Positions 24,301 through 38,070 of a stretch of DNA of 60,000 bases are shown in pieces; the stretch's first letter is position 1; every line of letters begins with the position of its first letter. The DNA is taken from contig NW_024704743.1 of assembly GCF_018977255.1 (NCBI RefSeq), positions 22,694,001-22,754,000 of the forward strand. The letters are read 5' to 3'. Position numbers and translations under genes: made by a program. The DNA is from Callorhinchus milii. Its lineage: Eukaryota. Below the pieces are notes generated by a model, which searched no databases, was not told where the DNA came from, and saw only the letters and a list, made by a program, of their open reading frames with translations.

Positions 24301-25944
24301 CCTCCAAAGCTATCTAACATTCACCTCTTTAAGGGGAAATGGGAGGGGAAAGCCCTGAGGACGACCAGAGCCAGTCCTCCGAGCAGCCCCAGTGAAGGAC
24401 CCTTCTTGCCCCTCTCCCAATTTCCTGTTGGTGCCCGCCCACTTCGAGCCTGGCAGGTTGCTCGTTCTCACCTCTGATTAGCCGATGGACCTGTCGGTCA
24501 AGCCAACAGCTCACCTGTTCAAAGGGTGACCCTTTAACTGAGTTTTACTCAACCCCCCCACCCCACATCCCAATAATATTTTCACTCGCTGCCTATGATT
24601 AGTGCACCAATATTTTGCATCACTTGGGACCATTTCTAATTAATAAATAGCAAAAGTTTGTTGCAGGAACCCTTTAGCAGAATAACTGATAAAAATAAAA
24701 GGATATTAACAAAACTGAACAGCATTGTGTTCTAATCGTCCTTCGACCAAACCAACGAACACATTTCACAATTCCCCTAGCATCCAGTAGAAGGTGAGTG
24801 AAAGGTGGCCAGGGGTCAATGTGTACAGCCAGAGTAGAGTGGGACAAGGGAAAATGGGGCGAAGTTGAATATTAAAAATGATTTTAAAAAAAGGGTTCAT
24901 TGGTGGGGGTGGTAGAGACGAGAAAATGGACTCATTTAAGCTTAAGCTATTGCCAACCTTGAATACAATTCAACAGATATTGGACAATAATGCCATTCAA
25001 TGAACTGGCCTAAGGAGGTTGTGCTATCAGCCCACAAATAGAGGTTTATGCGTGAGCATGTGGTCAATATCCCGGCAGTATTGTCTTTTTATTGTCAGCT
25101 ATCACCATTGTAAACACGTAACAACTCCATTAAGAAACATAGCATGTGTAGCATATCCATCGGTGTGGCTAAGTGCTGTCCAGCCCTGGTTTAGTAAGTT
25201 TTGTGAATCTATCCCCTTGTGCTTATAAATCTCTCATGCAATTTTAAAGCTTTAAATGATGTGACATGAAAGATGCAACATTAAATCATGCTGTAGTTTT
25301 AAAATTGCTTTAAGAGTTATTCACAAAACTTACTGAATGGAGAATAGCTTTTAATCTCACTCACGCTATCACTCTTAAAATTCAACTTTGCCCCATTTTG
25401 CGTGTTCTATTCAATTTGTTCAAGTACTGTTCCCTATATAAAGAGTTTATGACTTCAAATATATGCCAATTGGAGTCTTTCCCATTTCTCTCCACATGGG
25501 GTGAGGGGGGTGGGTGGGGCAGAAATGGGACCTCAACTGTTGTTTCAAACTCAGGATATTGTCCCAAGTGTTTGGGCTGTCGTTGTCATCTCCAAAGCTC
25601 TCCCTTGGTGGGATGTTGCTCAAATAGTTTACACTAGAGCAACCATTTCTCTGAACACACGTTCATACATTCAGCACACGGAATCCATCTGATCGGCTTG
25701 CAGAGGGGCAAGCAGCTGCTGCTTAAACTCCGTATCTCCAATTAGTGGAACCATTGCTCAACACAAAGCTGTGGATGGGAAGACGGTGGCAATGCTTCCA
25801 CGCATTTCATGCTGAGATCCATTGCCCACTAGGAAGCTCGCAGGGAGTTCCTGATGCCTACCATCCACGTTTGTCGGATGTCGAACAACCAACTAGTGAC
25901 TATCCTCCTTTTGGTGAGGGAGGTTAGCGGGATCTCCACGGAAC

Positions 25945-26256
25945 TGAACTGTGTATTTTGTGGGCGAAACGAGGCAGCCAGTTTGCACACAGCAATGTTC
26001 CACAAACAGCCACGAACAAGAGTGAGTGACCAATTTTATTTGGGGGATTTGTTGGCCAGGACACCAGAAGAAACTCGCTTCTCTTTTCGAATAGCGCCAT
26101 GGGATTTCTAATGTCCACCTGAACAGGCAGACGGAACCTCAGTTTATCATCTCATGGACGGCACCTCCGACAATGCAGCCCACCCCAGGACTGCACTGGA
26201 AGGTCGGACAGCTTAGACTATGAGATCCCAAGTCCCAATATGAGGCTTGAGGCCAC

Positions 26257-26287
<31 letters not shown>

Positions 26288-26290
26288 AAT
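25945..26290 (-). mobile_element. Deu-domain SINE (SacSINE1/AmnSINE-like)
   Basis: - strand: tRNA-like head (ctctgagtcagaaggttgtgg), Deu-like core cagtgcagtcctgggg...gtcggaggtgccgtc...ggtggacattagaaatcccatggcgctattcgaa, then the shared 3' module. Confidence 0.82.
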
Positions 26291-26312
26291 GCACCAGCCT
26301 AACAAAGCTGGT

Positions 26313-27352
26313 ACCCTGGTCACCTGCGGGGTACCCCAAAGATCCATTCTTTGCCCCTTCCTCTTTCTGATTTACATGCTCCCTTTTGGGGATGTCATCC
26401 GCAGACATGGGGTACATTTCCACATGTATGCAGATGACACCCAACTCTATTTTTTCACCTCTCTTTGCGACCCCCAGTCCCCTGATGTTGTGTCAGCCTG
26501 TCTGATCTCAAGGGGTGGATGAGCGCAAACTTCCTTCAGCTGAACGTTGATAAGACGGAAGCCATACGCTTTGGCTCTCGTCAACATCTAAAATCTCATG
26601 TCTGTCACCTCCTCCACCTAACCGATCTCCCCCTAAAACTCTCCGAACCCGTACACAACCTAGGCGTCAGGTTCGACCCCCAATTATCCTTCTTCCCCCA
26701 CATCCGGTCCCTCACCAGCACCACTTTCTTCCACTTCCGACGGATCGCCCGTCTCCGCCAATACCTCTCCCCAAAAGCCGCTGAAACCCCGGTCCATGCT
26801 TTTGTCACCTCTCGGCTGGACTACTCTAACGCCCTCCTCACTGGTCTCCCATCCACCACTATCCATAAAAGCCAAATCATTCAAAACTCTGCCGCCCGCA
26901 TTCTCACCCGCACAAAACTCCGCTCCCCGATCACCCCAGTCCTTGTCAGTCTGCACTGGCTCCCTATCCCAGAGAGGATCGATTTCAAGATCCTAACCCT
27001 TGTATTCAAGTCCCTGCACTCCTCTGCACTCCCCTACCTCTCTGACCTCCTCTCTCCTCAAAACAGTGCCGTTGCCTCCATTCCTCCGGGTCTGGCCTCC
27101 TCCTCGTCCCCCGAGTCCTCCGCTCCACCCTCGGCGGCCGTGCCTTCAGTCACTGTGCCCCGAGGCTCTGGAACTGCCTTCCTCACTCCCTTCGTCTCAC
27201 TCCCTCCCTTCCCATTTTCAGGTCTTTGCTGAAGACCTTTCTTTTTGACCGCGCCTTTGGTCACCTTCCTCCCCCTCCCCTGGCTCAGCCCCGGGATCTG
27301 TTACTGTAAAGTGCTGGAGGGCGTTATATAAATCCAAGTTGTTGTTGTTGTT
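26313..27352 (+). mobile_element. 5'-truncated L2 LINE with frameshifts
   Basis: [53 protein letters not shown]; (gtt)n tail. Same subfamily as 4752-5972. Confidence 0.95.
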
Positions 27353-27643
27353 GGTAATGATTTATGGATTTGGACTGCTCATTCCCTTTCCTGTGATTAC
27401 TATTCAATTCTGTTGCACTAAACCTATAATGTGTTTTTGAACTACTGGTTTATCAGTGCTCCGAGACTTTATTCTGTGTGAAGGGTGCTACGTAAATGCA
27501 AGTTCTTGTTATTACATTTCTCTCCCTCTGAATATATTAGTGAAACGGTCAATTGGATTAAGTAAAAAGATAATCTGAATTTTATTGTGAAGCAGACGGT
27601 TATAGGGGTTACTGTACACTGTGAATTGTGAAATGACACTTAC

Positions 27644-27785
27644 CCCCTATAGCTGTACAGCGTGATGTGATCTCCCACAGGACTAATGCCATCGAGTAGA
27701 CATCAGACTGTTTGAATGCCTCAATGTCCTCCAAGTTCATTCTGGATTCTAGCACTTCAGGTGCCATGTATCTGGCTGTCCCAAC
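27644..27785 (-). CDS. TGFBR2: TGFBR2 exon 5 (142 bp)
   Basis: tcctttgcag|GTT ... GGG G|gtaagt. [47 protein letters not shown] (APE motif, DVYS). Confidence 0.98.
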
Positions 27786-27914
27786 CTGCAAAGGACAAAG
27801 AACAGAGCAGCTTAATTCCACAACATGCCATGTGCTGAAAGATCTTGCCTTTTTATAGCACCTTATCATATTCCTCCCACTTCATTATGTCATCATGTCT
27901 CAAAGAGCTTGACC

Positions 27915-28125
27915 AGACTACTGGGAGAAACTCCCATCGCTTTTCTCACTAGTGTCTTATGGGATCTTTAATATCCTCCAGAAAACAGGCAGATGGGACC
28001 TTGGTTTAAAATCTTACATTTGTTGTTGTTAAAGTCTCACCCAAAGAACGGCACCTCCACCAATCCAGTGCTTCCCCCAGCCCTCCATTGGCATGTCAAA
28101 CTAGACTATGAGTTCAAACCCTGAC
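27915..28125 (-). mobile_element. Deu-domain SINE fragment
   Basis: atgggatctttaatatcc...ggcagatgggaccttggtttaa...ggcacctccacc...ctagactatg. Confidence 0.7.
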
Positions 28126-28329
28126 ATGGAAACATCCAGGGGAACCTCCAACTCAGAACACTGAAATCGGTACCTAAAGTTTCAGACCTCTTCAGTTGCA
28201 CTTAAACGCTGTCTCCGGATTCCAATAGCTTATTAGCACCAGAAATGGTCCCAATGCCATCACAATGCTGGTTAACATCTAGTGTCTTTTCCTATGGTTT
28301 CCCCTCCTCCACTGTACAATCACTTGTGG

Positions 28330-28650
28330 TATTTCTCAGGGCTCTATCCGTGTCCTCTTTTCAGCTATATATTCTCCTTCCAGACATCATCCATAGGCAT
28401 GTGGTACACTTCTACATGTTCATAGATACTATCCACCTCGGCCACTATCTCTGTACCACCAAGACATCATCTACCCCCTTCATCGAATCCAGGCTCAACT
28501 ATTCAAATACCCTGCTCGCCAGATCCCCTGGCCCCTTCCTACACAAGCTGCAGATCATCTAGAACTTTGCTGCCTGTATCCTCTCCCACACCAGGCTCCA
28601 TGAACCTATCAACCCCATCCTTGCTCGGCTCCACTGGCTTCCATCCCACA
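28330..28650 (+). mobile_element. Old L2 fragment
   Basis: SRLNYSNTLL, LHKLQII and ctcggctccactggct remnants. Confidence 0.7.
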
Positions 28651-28986
28651 TTTGCGGAGGTAAAATGCACAACATGCACTTGGGGAATTTTCACTCCACA
28701 CTTGATAGGATGGCTGGCTTTTGGGCCATGGTGACGTCAGGCGCACCAGGACATGTGTAACCATTAGTTTTGCAGTCGGCTCTACTGAAATAAAGGTGGT
28801 TGAGGGTGGATTGCGCAACTAAACACAAGGTGACTTTGCTCCTGGTTTGTTTTCTTGGTTCCTCTACTGTTATTTCATTAATAGGAATTAGGGAACGCAT
28901 TCAACTTGACTCTCCTGCTGCCTCTTCACGAACATTAGGAATATAACATCTGTTCATAAGTCAGTTAGTGGAGACGCTGCTAAGTA

Positions 28987-29320
28987 CAGGGAAACCTTGT
29001 TATAGTGCAGCCGGTTGGACCAATTTCTCAGTGTTATTAGCGAGGTGCTTAAAAATGTCCGACATGAGGTCACCATTGACGTCACTTCCTTTGTGAAGTG
29101 ATGCCTGCAACTCCTTCTGCGCTTGGTGCACACCTGCAGGATATTGACACTATTTGTGATCTAACCACCTGCAAATCAGACATTTTGTAGTGCGGGAATC
29201 TACCTCATCAGTGCCAGAAGCCGGGTGTACCGTGCTTCTAGCTATTGTGAGTGCATAGTTGACCCACACTATACGCAAGGCAATGCTATGTTGAAAGGGC
29301 GCTATAATGGGGTTCCCTTG
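28987..29320. mobile_element. Tc1/mariner-pogo (Tigger-like) MITE
   Basis: TA|cagggaaaccttgttatagtgc ... gcgctataatggggttcccttg|TA: imperfect ~22-bp TIRs with a TA TSD. Confidence 0.65.
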
Positions 29321-29879
29321 TATACATTGCCCTCTTTTCTACTAACTGCCCAGATACTGCCTCTCCAGCAAGACCTTATTTGGGTGTTGTGTGTTACTAA
29401 AAGTGTAAAGCAGCAAACCTGCTGAAGAGCCTCAAGATGAGCAGAATTTCCTCAGAATACTGGACATCCCCAGTTCAGTCAAAACACGATGGCAAATTAC
29501 TGACAAGTTGCAATGCTTGATAAGCTCGTGCTTTTTAAAAAAAAACAGAATCCCAGTTCCATATTAGCGTCAAGTGGTCACCACTTCATGCAAATGTCTT
29601 AAAAAGGTTAATCAAAGCTCTAAATATTTCTCAAATGTTTACACGCTGGAGGAATTAAAGGATTGGACTCGTGGATGCCTGATAAAGCTGACCCAGAATT
29701 GACCCATGGCTACACTAATGATGAGATTATTCTATCCAAATTAATGTAATAGGGACAAAATTGTTTGAAAGAATGTTTCTGTGGTATCCCTTCCCCTCCC
29801 CTCCCACAGACATACACACAGACTCAAACAGACTCACGTGCATGCACGGACTCACACTCACGCTCACACAGGGTCAGAC

Positions 29880-29920
29880 TTACACACACACACGCACAAA
29901 TAGAGAGAGACACACACACA

Positions 29921-29958
<38 letters not shown>

Positions 29959-29998
29959 TGCACTCATATACACACACAAAAACAAACACACAACACAC
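29880..29998. repeat. (CA)n-rich microsatellite
   Basis: Interrupted CA runs next to a CR1 tail. Confidence 0.95.
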
Positions 29999-30725
29999 AT
30001 AAGAACATAAGAAATGCTAGATGAAAAAGGACCAAGGTCCATCTAGCTTGCCTTCCACCTTCCTGGCGGTCGCATGCACATATGTCCCTACTGCCTATGT
30101 ACTATATCCCATAATGTTACTTCCTAAAAGAAAACTATCTAATCTGTGTTTGAAAAAATCAATACTTCCTGCTTCAACCGTCTCCCTAGCGAGCCTGTTC
30201 CACAGGTTCACTATTCCCTCACTTAAATAGTTTGCATAGGTTCATTCTGAATTTATCCCCCTTCAATCGCAGGCTGTGTCCTCTGGTTTTACTATTCTGA
30301 ACAAGTTGAAACAGTCTGTCATGACCTATATTGTCTTGCCCCTTTAGAATCTTAAAGACAGCAATCATGTCGCCTCTCAATCTTCTCTTTTTCAGCGTGA
30401 ACATGACCAATTTACTTGGTTGCTCCTCATAGTCCAGGCCTTCCATTCCCTCAATAATCGTGGTTGTCCTCCTCTGTATCTTCTCGATTTTTCCGATATC
30501 TTTTTTGTACTGTGGCGACTAGAACTAAGTAAGATCTCACCAGTGATTTATACAGTGGCAGGATTAGCCCACTATTTCGGCTTGTTATTGATCTTTTGAT
30601 ACATCCCAACATCTGGTTTGCTTTACTCACTGCCACAGAGCATTGTTGGGAGAGCTTCAATTTACTGTCAATCAGGAACCCCAGATCCTTTTCATTTTCC
30701 ATACATACTATTTTCCTTCCCTTCA
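29998..30725 (-). mobile_element. CR1 LINE 3' fragment
   Basis: EKDLG, KANQMLGCIKRSI, LYKSLVR, RRLRGDMIAVFKILKG, TRGHSLRL; (ataagaac)n tail. Confidence 0.93.
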
Positions 30726-32560
30726 AATAATAGTCCCTTCCAGGATTTTTTGTCCTGGACGGGACTACTATTTGAACGGAAGGAAAATAATTCCATTTGT
30801 GTATACACCGATGTATACAAGTGCGCGTAAACTAAACCAGATAAAAGTAAACTTAAAGGGGCAGCATCTTTAACAGGTCAGCAATGATTTTTGGGGGCGT
30901 TTTCCAAATATTAAGATCCTATGAAGCACATCACATCTAGAAATGTCACAAAATCATTGTTATTGTGGCCATGCACGCAGACTCAAGCACAAACTCACAA
31001 GCATGCACGCACTTACACCCATGCTCACACAGTGTCGGTCTCACACACACATTACTAAGTGTGGCACACCCTGAGTTTTAATGGGAAATTGTTTTGTGAT
31101 CTGATTCTATACAGTACAAAACCCATTATGGGCACAGCCCTTGTGCTGCACAAAATGCCGACCTTATCTAAAATATCTTGACCTAAATTTGTCTTGATTA
31201 TAATTAGTTGAATCTAGCTTTATCCTGGGATTGGCTGGCAGTGTGCTCAATCCCAATTTGGGAAATGCAGAAAAAGCAAATTAAGTCAAATTGGTTTAAA
31301 CTCCCATTCATAAAATGAGTATGGAGCTCAATCCTGGGACTTTCCAAAGCAATACTGGAACATTCAGTAAATGAGTTTGCACCCAAATAACTGTTCTCTT
31401 CAACACAACGTCCTGATTAACAAATCTATACAGTCCTCTGCTACTTACATTAAAACAAATGAGCAGCTGTGCTGTTGATCCTTTAACATATATTTTAGGA
31501 TAAATGCAATCTTAACATCGAGTCTTAGAAATTACAGCACAGGAAGAGGTCAGTTGAACATAAACTGGTGCTTACTTGCAATGGAGGTAACTAATTTAAT
31601 CCCCATGCTCTGCTCTTTTTGCAAACCATTTTATATTATTTTTCTGTAAAAGATGATGATGATGACACAGGGTACCGGAACAGTTTTAGAACCCCTATTC
31701 TCAGCCTTTTGGGGCTCAGTATTACTTCCAAGGTACTAACAGAGAAATGTGTACAGTGCATTAATGACCAGCCTGTGCTCGTTGCCACTAAAACAATTAT
31801 ATCATGCAAGTATTTCTTAATAGAAATCCCGAAAACAACAATGTTTTTCTTTGTGGTATTACTCCTATATTTGATTATTAATTCCCTTCGTTCTGAAGAC
31901 GGCTGTGATGTACGAGGGAGAAAGAAGCCATTGTATTATCATGGTGCTTCATGCTACCAGCCTACACGGCCAATAAAAGAATCACTGTCCCCTTAAAGTC
32001 AACCGTGACTGCACGCTTATTTTTTAATCATATCACTGAATTCATCTGGTAATACCTTCAGCACTTTGAACTCATGAGGCTTGGGGTTAAATTTATACAG
32101 TGAAAGTATTATTGCACTGACCCTATCGACCAGCTTTCTTTTACTGTATTAGTAAGAGTCAACATTTTATCTCTCCACTCATTTCCACAGTCATTCTCTT
32201 TTTTAGCACTTACCCTTACCACCCATCATTATGGGGGAATTGCTCAATACTAGTCTTTGCGCAGTACCGACCTCAGTCCCATAAAAATCCTCTTGCATTG
32301 GTGAAGTACTGAACAAAATATTGGACAGTCATTTTCATTGATTCTCTATGCACTGATGCCATTTTAAGCCACACGTTTGTCCATCTCAAACAGATGCATG
32401 GAGTTATATTGTTCAGAGAATTACTCAACTAAAAGCTATTTCTGCTGGCAAGATTCATGCTGTTTGGAAAATACCGCTGTGTGCAGGGAGGGGACTATTG
32501 TGTAACCAGGGCTGTCAGTAGAATTTTGGTAATGTCCAAAGGAGAGAGAGTGAAAGCTTA

Positions 32561-33940
32561 CAAAAACAACAAGAAGCTGCATTTATATAGCGCCCCTCAC
32601 ACAGGGTAGTGTCCCAGAGAGCTTGACACTGGCGGAGCACAACACCGAGCCAGGGGGATGGGAAGGTGACTGTGGGCACGGTTGAAGAGGAAGGTCTTCA
32701 GGCGTGACCTGAAGATGGGGAAGGAAGGGGCAAGTCAGAGGGATAAAGGAAGAGTGTTCCAAGAATGGTGGAATAGAGGGCACGAGGGACATGCAGGAGG
32801 CCGGAGTCAGTCGAGCGGAGGCAGCGGGTAATGAGTTGGGGGTTAAGCAGGTCGGAAAGGCAGGGAGGTGCCAGGGCATGAAGGGATTTGAAAGCGAGTG
32901 TGAGGATCTTGAAATCGATCCGTTCAGTGATAAGGAGCCAGTGTAGCCTGGATAGAACTGGTGTGATGGGGTTCGGAGTTTAGTACATGTGATTATGCGG
33001 GCGGCGGAGTTTTGGATCAGCTGGATCTTGTGAATGGTGGAGTTGGGAAGACCGGCAAAGATGGCATTTGAAAAGTCCAGTTGGGAGGTGACCAACACAC
33101 GTTCAAGTGAGTTGGCTGAGTCTGGGGTAAGGTATGGTCGGAGGCGGGCAATGTGGCGGAGGTGGAGGAAGGTGGTCCTGCTCAGGGCCCGGATGTGGGG
33201 AAAGAATAATAATTGTAGATCGAACCCGATGCTTAGGTTGCGCTGTGGTTCGGTGAGTCTGAGGGATGGACCAAGGAGATTGAGGAGGTCAGAGTCGCAG
33301 GACAGAAGATGTGGATGGGAGCCCAGGAGTATGTCTTCTGTCTTGTTAACATTTATTTTTAGGAAGTTTGCGTTCATCAGGGCCCTGATGTCTGTCAGAC
33401 AAGCTGACAGAACATTGGTGGACCTGGAATCGCAGCTGGAGGAGGAGAAGTAGTTTTGTGTGTCATCCACATACATGTGGAAGTTTGTCCCGTGACTGCA
33501 GATGTCATCGCCAAGAGGGAACATGTAGATGAAGAAAAGGAAGGGCCAAGGATGGAGCCCTGGGGTACACTATAGGTGACGGGACGGGGGCGGGAGGAGA
33601 AACCATTTGAAGAGACAAAGTGCAGGTAACTGTTAGATAGGACTTGAACCGGGCTAGTGAAGTCTCACTAAAGTGGACGAGGGAGCGGTGGATGGTGTGG
33701 TCGACTGTGTCGAACTCAGCGGAGAGGTCCAGGAAGATGAGGAGGCAGAGGGAGCCCTAGTCACAGAGGGAACGGGCGTCAATTGTGACCTTGACAAGCG
33801 CCATCTCTGCTATGGGCAGGGCAAAAACCAGATTGGAGAGGTTCGAGGAGCGAGTGGAGGGAGAAGTGTGAGCAAAGCTGGTTAGCGACATTGCCTTCCA
33901 GAGCTTTGGCAAGGAAGGGCGAGTTGGAAATGGATGGTAA
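32561..33940 (-). mobile_element. 5'-truncated L2 LINE
   Basis: PISNSPFLAKALE, EPLQSGF, HMYVDDTQ, ANFLKINVNKTE, QLIQNSAARI; tail ggcgctatataaatgcagcttcttgttg. Confidence 0.93.
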
Positions 33941-35439
33941 TCTGCTTACTGCTTGAATGGTGTAAATGTTGACTCCTACCAATACAATTACATTGCAGCT
34001 GTTTTCTTTCCAAAGTTGGCCGTGTCTGTAGCGAGCACATTGAGTTGTAATGCGTGAGAGTGAAACAATGGGGAATCGCAACTGTTTTGCTGGTGGTGAG
34101 GAGTGATCTGGGAGATAAATTGAGCACAGTGGACGAGATTACAGGCACAACATGAAAGCCTGTTGTCTTAAGTGTGATGTTTGTTTCCAACAGTGCGATG
34201 GTACCAATATTCTAAGCGGACCCTGTGAGAGAGCTTTGCTTTATGTACACATGTAATGCAGCTGAGCCAAGCAATGAGGCCAATGCTCCACTAAACATTT
34301 TGGTGATTAATCTGTCGATGCGGTTGTGCGGTTCACTTGTCCTGTTAAATACATTGCAAATTATTTTTCAAATTGAGACAAGATTGGCTAAAACCTCCTT
34401 TTTCTCATTCCTCTCCACTCCGCTCATTGTGCAGAGGGACGTTCCTGTACATGGGTATGCGGAAGAGCGCATGATTATTTATGCAGAGTTTTGAAACACT
34501 GCCTTAGTTAATGAGCTCTCTGGAAGAACACTTCCTGCCTATTTACGTTTTGGGTGGACAGTTTTTAAACTTTTGGGTTTCTTGACAAGCTCCACGAGAA
34601 CAGGACCAGCATGGGTCACGGTGTGCAGGCTCTTAAGTCTGTTAAATGGAATTAGTTTGCTGGCTGTGTGCCCTCTTTGCTGTTCCTTATTAGTGTAACT
34701 CAAAACAAGAGCGGCACAATCAAGAGCGGTTGCCAATAATGTGCGCCTGGATTGCTACGATTTAACAGCAAAGCCATTACTAACATTGCTGATTGCTGGT
34801 TCAAGAGTTTATATTCTATGCAAGTTTGACATAACTCACTTTGCATAAGTCATATTAAATGTATGGTCCTAACTGATACGACCTCAGTGAGGTTTACTGT
34901 ACTGATCATTTTCAGTGCGAGATTTTGTTAATAATAATGGGACCTGATCTGTGGTACAGTATTGATTTCCCTTAAGAAGGAATCCAAGCTGCGCAAATAA
35001 GGACTTCTTCTGGGAACCAGAAGTACATCACATCCACCCTTGGAAACTCCGCTCCAACGAGATGTGATTCCAGAGCGGTGTATGCCTGTGCATCAAATGG
35101 AATTCTAAGAGGATTTGTCATGATGGTCTATGTCTTAAAGGCCTTCGTCTCAAAATGTAAGATTAAGGAGAAGTTTGGAAAATTCGGCCAATTTAGCCTT
35201 CATTTGGAAGCTACTGTTCTGAAAAGAGCTGATTTGAGTTCAGGGTGTCATACCGTGAGGGGGGAGGTGGGGGGGCAGGGGGAGGGGGGGCACTGAAAAG
35301 CCAAGCTTAGACACGTGGACGCCTTGATTTTAGGAGAAGCAAGAGAGGAAAATTCGAAGCAGCGACAGAAGCAAGGAAGAGTTAACATGGGATTATCATG
35401 CACAGTCCCCAACCCCAATCTCTCGGCCAGGTGGCTTAC

Positions 35440-36224
35440 CTGTCCGCTGTTTGCTAAATCATCCATCGAGAGTGACGAATCCAGCCGCAAAGATAATCCA
35501 AAGTCACACAAACAACAGGTCATGTCGTTTTTCACAAGAATGTTGGAGCTTTTCAGGTCCCTGTGAGCAATCGGGATTTTGGGCCTCCCGCACATGGTGT
35601 ATTCGCTGTGGAGGTGGGCGATGCCCCTGGCCAGCGAGGCGCCCAGCAGGCACAGGTCCTCCCAGCTGATGATGTGACGCATCAAGTAATCCTGCAGGTT
35701 GCCTTGGGTGTGGTAGGCTGTGATCAGCCAGTACTGTTTGCCCATCTCCGTGTCGCGTTCCTCCGCCGTCAGGAACTGCAGCACATTCTCATGCTTCAGA
35801 TTGACGTCGGAGAACACGTCCTTCTCGTTCTTCCACGAGGCGTACTCATCGAAGTGGAAAATCTTCACCGCCACCGTTTCGAACTGCTCTGAGGCGTTCT
35901 GCTTCAGCTTGGCCTTGTACACCTCAGAGAAGCGGCCCTTGCCCACCACCACATCCAGCTCGATGGGCAGCAGCTCAGTGTTGTGATTGATGTTGTTGGC
36001 ACAGGTGGAGCTTATGTCTGACTGATCATCTTTGAGGTTAATGGTGCAGCCATCGCTGCGGTGAATGTGGCGGCCGGACTTGTGTTTGCGCTCCTTCGCC
36101 CACTCCTTGTTCAGCTTCTTCCTTCTCTGCACCCGGTACCAGTAAAAGACCACGATGACCGCAATAGCGAGAATGAGCAGGGTCATGAGGATCATTATAA
36201 CCTTCATCCACTGGTGCTCATCTC
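35440..36224 (-). CDS. TGFBR2: TGFBR2 exon 4 (785 bp; transmembrane helix, juxtamembrane region, kinase through the activation loop)
   Basis: ttttttcgcacttcag|GA ... CAG|gtaagc. Hydrophobic [22 protein letters not shown], then [59 protein letters not shown]. Confidence 0.99.
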
Positions 36225-37971
36225 CTGAAGTGCGAAAAAAAAGGCACCGTTAGAGCTCCAGCACTGGATTTTCCCCGTCTGACGTATTAAAAATACACAA
36301 AAACAAGTGGGAAATGCAAATGTTTTTCCCATCCCCCACAGCTGCTTCCATCCAGACTCCCCCCCCCCCCCAACCCCCCCAGTTCTCACTCCCCAGCTCA
36401 CGCCCCGGGATTCTGGATTTGGACAGTTTTTGGAACCCGCAGACCCTCTTCATCCCCTCCCCTGAAGCCCCGCCACTCCCCCATGCAGCCCCACCCCCCC
36501 ACTCTCGCAAGCTAAATCATCCGTGTCAGAAACCAGAAATGATGCCAGGAACCGGAAGTGGGACAGGCAGCCATCTTTGTGAACCCGTTATGACGAGGTG
36601 GTCTAATTTTATGCCCCCCACCCCCCACCTCGCAATGCAAAGGGGTCAGACTGCAACAGTGGAACAATACAGTTTTGCAAAAAATGATCACAGTTTTCTG
36701 CCCTATGTTTCAGCGGACGCTGATGCTTTGTCAGCCACAGATAAAAGCTGATGAGAAAAAGTTTGAAATTCCACCTGACTCTAAGAGCACGAGTGACTGC
36801 TCAACCAATGGAGATAACGGGTAGGCGTGTGTGAGCATGTCGTCTACACATTGTAAACAAGATGTCTGGTTGAATAGAGATAGTCATCTTGGAGGAGGGT
36901 GGAATGGGTAATCTCCAAATCACCCAATTCTCCCCCACCCCCACCGTGCCCTTCCCAGCAAGACGTTTTCCTCGATTCAATTTCCATCAGGGGCTAAATG
37001 CACCTTGTCAAACATTCCTCTGCGGAGCGCTGTGGAATTCATGCAGAGCGCAGCTCCGCTCAGCTTCCAAGAGGCACATGAAAGAGTCAGTAATTGTTCC
37101 TGTCAGACATTCGGAAAGTCTAACAATTTTTACTGTTATTTAATTTGGAATTTGGGCCAAATATTGTCTAGCCTGCCTCATCTGTACAGGGTCCAAGAGA
37201 GAGAGAAAGAGAGAGATCTTAAGAATGAAACAACTTAAGACATTGGAAATCAATCAGTCCACAATAAATGACTGCAGGTTTTATCTGCTTGTAAACATGG
37301 CTTCAGGAGTAGCATGCTTTGATGTGCTAGTAAATTTAAATACAGACAGGAAACCGCATGTCTGAGATCAGACATATGACCTGCTTCCAGCCACAAATAC
37401 AACACTAGCAGGAGAAGAGCTGGTTTTAGTTAAGGCCAAGAAAAGAGAGGAGCAGCCCTATTCGATTAGTGAATCATCAGCAACATCGACCACGTTTATC
37501 TGCACTGCGATGGCTGTAAAGTGTAACCACTGATCTCAACCGTACAGCAGTTATGTGTAAGTCAGATAGGAATCTTCCATTTATATTTCCAGCCAACACT
37601 GACACCCACAGAGAATTTCAGACATCAAAGAACATTCGCAGAGTTTACTCTCCTTCCTTCCCCACCCCCCAATCTGTGGCTGCTGTTGTCTGACATAAGC
37701 CAGTCTGCCTGTGCCGTGGTCACTGTTTGCTATAGTTGTGAGCTTTCAGGAGTTGCACGTCTCCCCTGGAAGCTGTGTGAAGTCTGAAATCTGAACCCTG
37801 TTTGGGATACGACTCTTTAAACAAGTCACCGCAAAGCAAAACAAAAACGGTGCTTTAAAAAGGGGCAGGCCAGCGTGAGGGAGGGAACATGGGGGAAAAA
37901 TGAGGCATGTGATGCGATAATGAACACCGCGATAATTATCACATCACAACACACTGCATTTCTCACCCTAT

Positions 37972-38070
37972 AATATACAGTCAATTCACTTTACAGTGTG
38001 TTCTGTGAAGCGCTTTGGGACGTCCTCCCGACGTGAAAAGCGCTATATCAAATGCAAGGATTATTATTAT
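37972..38070 (+). mobile_element. Young 5'-truncated SINE tail with a 6-bp TSD
   Basis: Identical over ~100 bp to 58888-58990; tataat at 37969-37974 and 38071-38076. Confidence 0.88.

Noticed and set aside
29761..30042. His/Thr-rich and Cys/Val-rich ORFs
   Set aside because: Translations of a CA microsatellite.
34800..34901. Tigger-like terminus (gaggtttactgta)
   Set aside because: Only one end is visible and no partner TIR was identified.
35248..35439. C-terminal part of the 319-aa ORF after ANSGQ
   Set aside because: Intron read-through past the CAG|gtaagc donor; kinase homology resumes in exon 5.
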